Shown in pieces: positions 60,901 to 64,000 of a stretch of 64,000 bases of DNA. The notes beneath the pieces are model-generated. The model searched no databases. It saw nothing but the letters and a program-made list of their open reading frames with translations, and had not been told where the DNA came from. A program made the translations under genes and the position numbers. The stretch spans positions 4,216,001 through 4,280,000 of the forward strand of contig CM102289.1 in NCBI GenBank assembly GCA_046563655.1, in the 5' to 3' direction. Position 1 is the stretch's first letter. The number at the start of each line of letters is the position of its first letter. This DNA comes from Yuukianura sp. NJ FZ-2021. Its lineage: Eukaryota.

Positions 60901-62954
60901 TACTCACTGTCTTGAAGACTGACTGTTTCGTCAGAAGTATATCAAATCATGAAAGTGCGACGTCTGAACACATAGCGTTCGCCCATCTTATGGACCATTT
61001 TAGAAAAAGAATAGACAAAATGTTAACCATTATCATGAGAAGGAGCACAAGTTGTTTCCTTTCCGAAAATTTAGACTTTATTGCACGAAAAAGCCCAGTT
61101 TCAACAGACGTGTTTAGTGTTAAAACTGGAACGCTATCGAAAAATGTTCTTCAAGATTTGCAAACGCCTGTTACTTTTAAACATTCCATTGAGAGTACTT
61201 ATGTGGTTTATATTTTAAGGGGTTCTTTACATTTCGAGAAACTTGAAATGATTCACATTTTTCCTAAAAATGAGACGCGCGCCAAGGTTCCTGTTGAAAA
61301 ATATTTTTCAGAAGATGGTCTGTGCGTAGAGTTCCCTTGTCTAGCACTAGCTGCGTTCTCGGATATTTATAAATTTTTACCTGGGGCTGATCATTTTAAT
61401 AAGCAGGGAGTGCTGCTGACACCTCACAACTTGGCGGTATCGTTTTTCTGCCCTTATGGTCCTCCAGGTTCTGCTAGAGTACCTAAATTAAATGGGGCTG
61501 ATGCTAAATGTGGGCAAGGGTGTCCCCTAAAAGGTATACCATACGATCGAATATCTCAAGAAACTGAAATTTTGATGTTTCAAAATTTGCAGAAAATTCT
61601 GTTCAGAAATGATAAAGAACTTTCTTGCTATAATGTCACTGAAATTAACTACGGTGACACATTCGGTTTGGAGTTGGTTCATGACTTGACATTTACTTGT
61701 GATTTTGAACATCCGGAGTTTGCTTTTGATCCTAATGAAAAGCGTGCGTATATTTTCATCAAAAAAAGTACTGATATTGACCGTATCGGTCTGTGGGATA
61801 TGCAAAACAATACGTACAAGACTTTCAGCGTAAAAGACAAACAAACATTAGCACAAAGTAATAAAAGTCTATGTACCGTTCTGTTAGAAACTAAAATCAT
61901 TCAAGGATACTACGAAGAAGACTCTTTTTACATACAACGTTCAAATATATACAGTAAATTGCACGTAGAATGTCCTGTACATGTTTCCTCAAGTTCAAAA
62001 TTAGGCTGGATTGTAGCCCAGTTTCGGAATGGAGATTTAGTGATTTTAGAATCCAGGAAATTGGAACCCTTATTTGTCTTTTTTGGGTTCACTCCTGGGT
62101 ATAAATTTCATATAACGCTTAAATCTCTTCAACAAGTACGGATTGCGATTGTCAAAGACTATGCTGGAAAGATAGTTTGGCTGAGTATAAATGCCGTTTC
62201 TCTAAGGCAATATTATGAGCAAGGAAAACTAAAAGAATTCAAGGATTGGAAAGTTGATAAAAGTGAAGTTCCAAGTTCTAGTCTTTCGTTGAAGGAAGTT
62301 GACGTATCTTGTTCACGATCAGTGGACGAGGGATTTCGGTCACTGTTTAGATTTCATCGTTCACTTGGGTCTCCGTCAGAACGGGCCGCATATCACCCAT
62401 TTTGCAATTTGTTTATACCAGTAACAGAGTACCAACATTCCATTTTAGTAACTTCTGACTATGAACCACCGGTTGACTTGACTACCGTCTGGACAGTGAC
62501 AGTTATTGCTAAGAAGGGTAAATTTAAACTTAGAAAAAGAGTGCAACCACATTCAACATTGATTATTGAAGGAATTTTACACGGGGGGCACTTTGTGATT
62601 AGAGCAGAATTAACACGAGACAGTGACAATAACGTAAACATCAAATGCGAATCATATAGAGGGAAATTAAACTATGAAGAAATCATTAACCAATATTTTG
62701 GAAAGCAACTTCAGGTGAATCCTAAAATGGGAATGAAATTGTTGAAAAATATTTGGGTAGATACGTATAATCCACAATGGAAGTACGACTTGTTGGTTCA
62801 CAATTGTAATAGCTGGTGTAAAGAAAAACTACAGGTATTGAACATTGAAGACAAATTTAAGTCTAAATCGTACAAATTGTTTGTTGACCTTCCGAAAGAT
62901 TTTGGTTTACGAGGATTTAAATTCACTAAAAAAACACACCAGAAAGTAAAGTGA
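57998..62954 (+). CDS. STAND/NACHT NTPase with pentapeptide repeats, long beta-rich region and C-terminal permuted papain-like (PPPDE/LRAT-like) domain, ~1,620 aa, 2 exons
   Basis: Micro-exon 57998-58024 (MDAVGELSL), 100-nt intron, exon 58125-62954. Walker A VVGDSGTGKS, Walker B LILILDGYDE, IVSSRP, FRFFHLSLFEYF; ASNAFTILN followed by pentapeptide repeats (ANFSNSICGNSDFSGSNFENAKLNQGWFQGCNFQGINF); C-terminal HSTLIIEG...YDLLVHNCNSW. Confidence 0.88.
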
Positions 62955-63172
62955 TTGTTACGTCGTAATTATTCGTACATATTTATATTTGTACTAAATT
63001 ACAAACATTGCCATTGTAATAGTTTGTAGTTACTATTTTTACTTCAAAGCAAAATATTTTAAAATGTTTAAATAAAGAAAAGTTGGAATAGTATTCTCAT
63101 ATTTTTAATGAAAATGGTGAGTTAGTTATTGTTAAGGAGAACGTCCATCCACATTGCATTCACAACGCAACT

Positions 63173-63914
63173 ATGAATTCCAACCTCTTTTCACGTTAGT
63201 TTTGGCTGGAGTCGTTGTGACACTTGTGACCGGTAAATTTAATGGCAAGTGCTGGAATTTCGTTTTTTCTAAATCTAATGCAAAATATCTCTTTCTTGTT
63301 GCGGCATTGTGCATCTGTCGCCATGTCCTCTGAAGTGAGAAATGTGACAGTTCACTCTCGCTTTGAATGCAAGGTTATGCAGTACATGAGTTAACCGTCG
63401 CTGCACTTCAATTCAATTTTGACAACAAAAGGGTTGAAGTAAACCATATACTGGCTAATTGTACCAAACTTTTGTTTTTTGCCCTATTCGTAAATTTAAC
63501 GATTAGCGTGTCAAACTGGTACATACGCCACACTCTAGACTATTTCCGTTGCCGATAGGCAACGCAATAGTCTAGTAATCTAAAAATCTGTATAAAAGCG
63601 TCTTTCAGCTTTCAGGAGAAACGTCCGAGGAACATTCATACGATGAATTTTTCTGAAGGGCGCCAACAGATGCGAGCGAGAGGCAAATGCAATTGTTCCA
63701 AATTTACAAAGTTTGTGACATTGCAAATTTCCAGATTTTTACTGGATGAAATCTGTGTTGATTTTATAACGACCTGAAACTGATGATCATTTTTTAGCAA
63801 GAAGCTTTGAGAGTATGTTGTCGACAGCACGGATTTCATGGCGGATGATGCTCGACACGTGGAAGAAAAGCAGACGAAGTAACAGTTGCACTTTGTTGCA
63901 GGGATCGTAAGTAA
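63173..63914 (+). pseudogene. Pseudogenised duplicate of the diapausin-like gene
   Basis: Colinear with 56962-57408 including introns and 3' flank, but with a 1-nt deletion in exon 1 (early TAG), Cys-to-Tyr change and TGA in exon 2, TGG-to-TGA in exon 3, and ~300 bp of extra DNA in intron 1. Confidence 0.85.
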
Positions 63915-64000
63915 TAGTTTCACTCACTCCAACGAAAATGTTAGTTTTACGTTAAATATTGCATAAAAATGTGAATAAAAAATTTTAAACTCTAGTTTTG

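Noticed and set aside
58383..62644. Several minus-strand ORFs within the NACHT gene
   Set aside because: Antisense to a long motif-bearing ORF, with no independent features.

Overview
AT-rich eukaryotic genomic DNA with many short GT-AG introns. It is clearly animal and probably an arthropod; a soil hexapod such as a springtail is my inference from the gene content, not something I can show. Many genes are split by introns, so the ORF track fragments or misses them; I rebuilt exon chains by hand from splice signals and frame. Contents in order: a hidden 41-aa secreted peptide gene; an SLC35G/EamA transporter; a 13-exon, ~4,030-aa giant protein with a complete bacterial SecA-type ATPase motor; an orphan single-TM protein; a SMYD (SET+MYND) gene; parvin; two gustatory-receptor-like 7TM genes; two more unannotated secreted-peptide genes either side of a 2-kb foldback palindrome; a tandem pair of F-box genes, one frameshifted; a plant/fungal-type GT17 GlcNAc-transferase (HGT candidate); an ionotropic receptor; an astacin-DM9 fusion gene disrupted in an exon by a DD41D Tc1/mariner element; a lipocalin-like gene; and a NACHT-pentapeptide-(putative propeller)-thiol-peptidase gene lying between a diapausin-like peptide gene and its pseudogene copy. 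Several MITEs sit in introns. The strongest candidates for undescribed biology are the giant SecA-motor protein with a toxin-like hydrophobic tail, the NLR-like protein with a C-terminal papain-fold domain, and the set of tiny processed peptides. Family assignments come from motif recognition only; no database searches were run.
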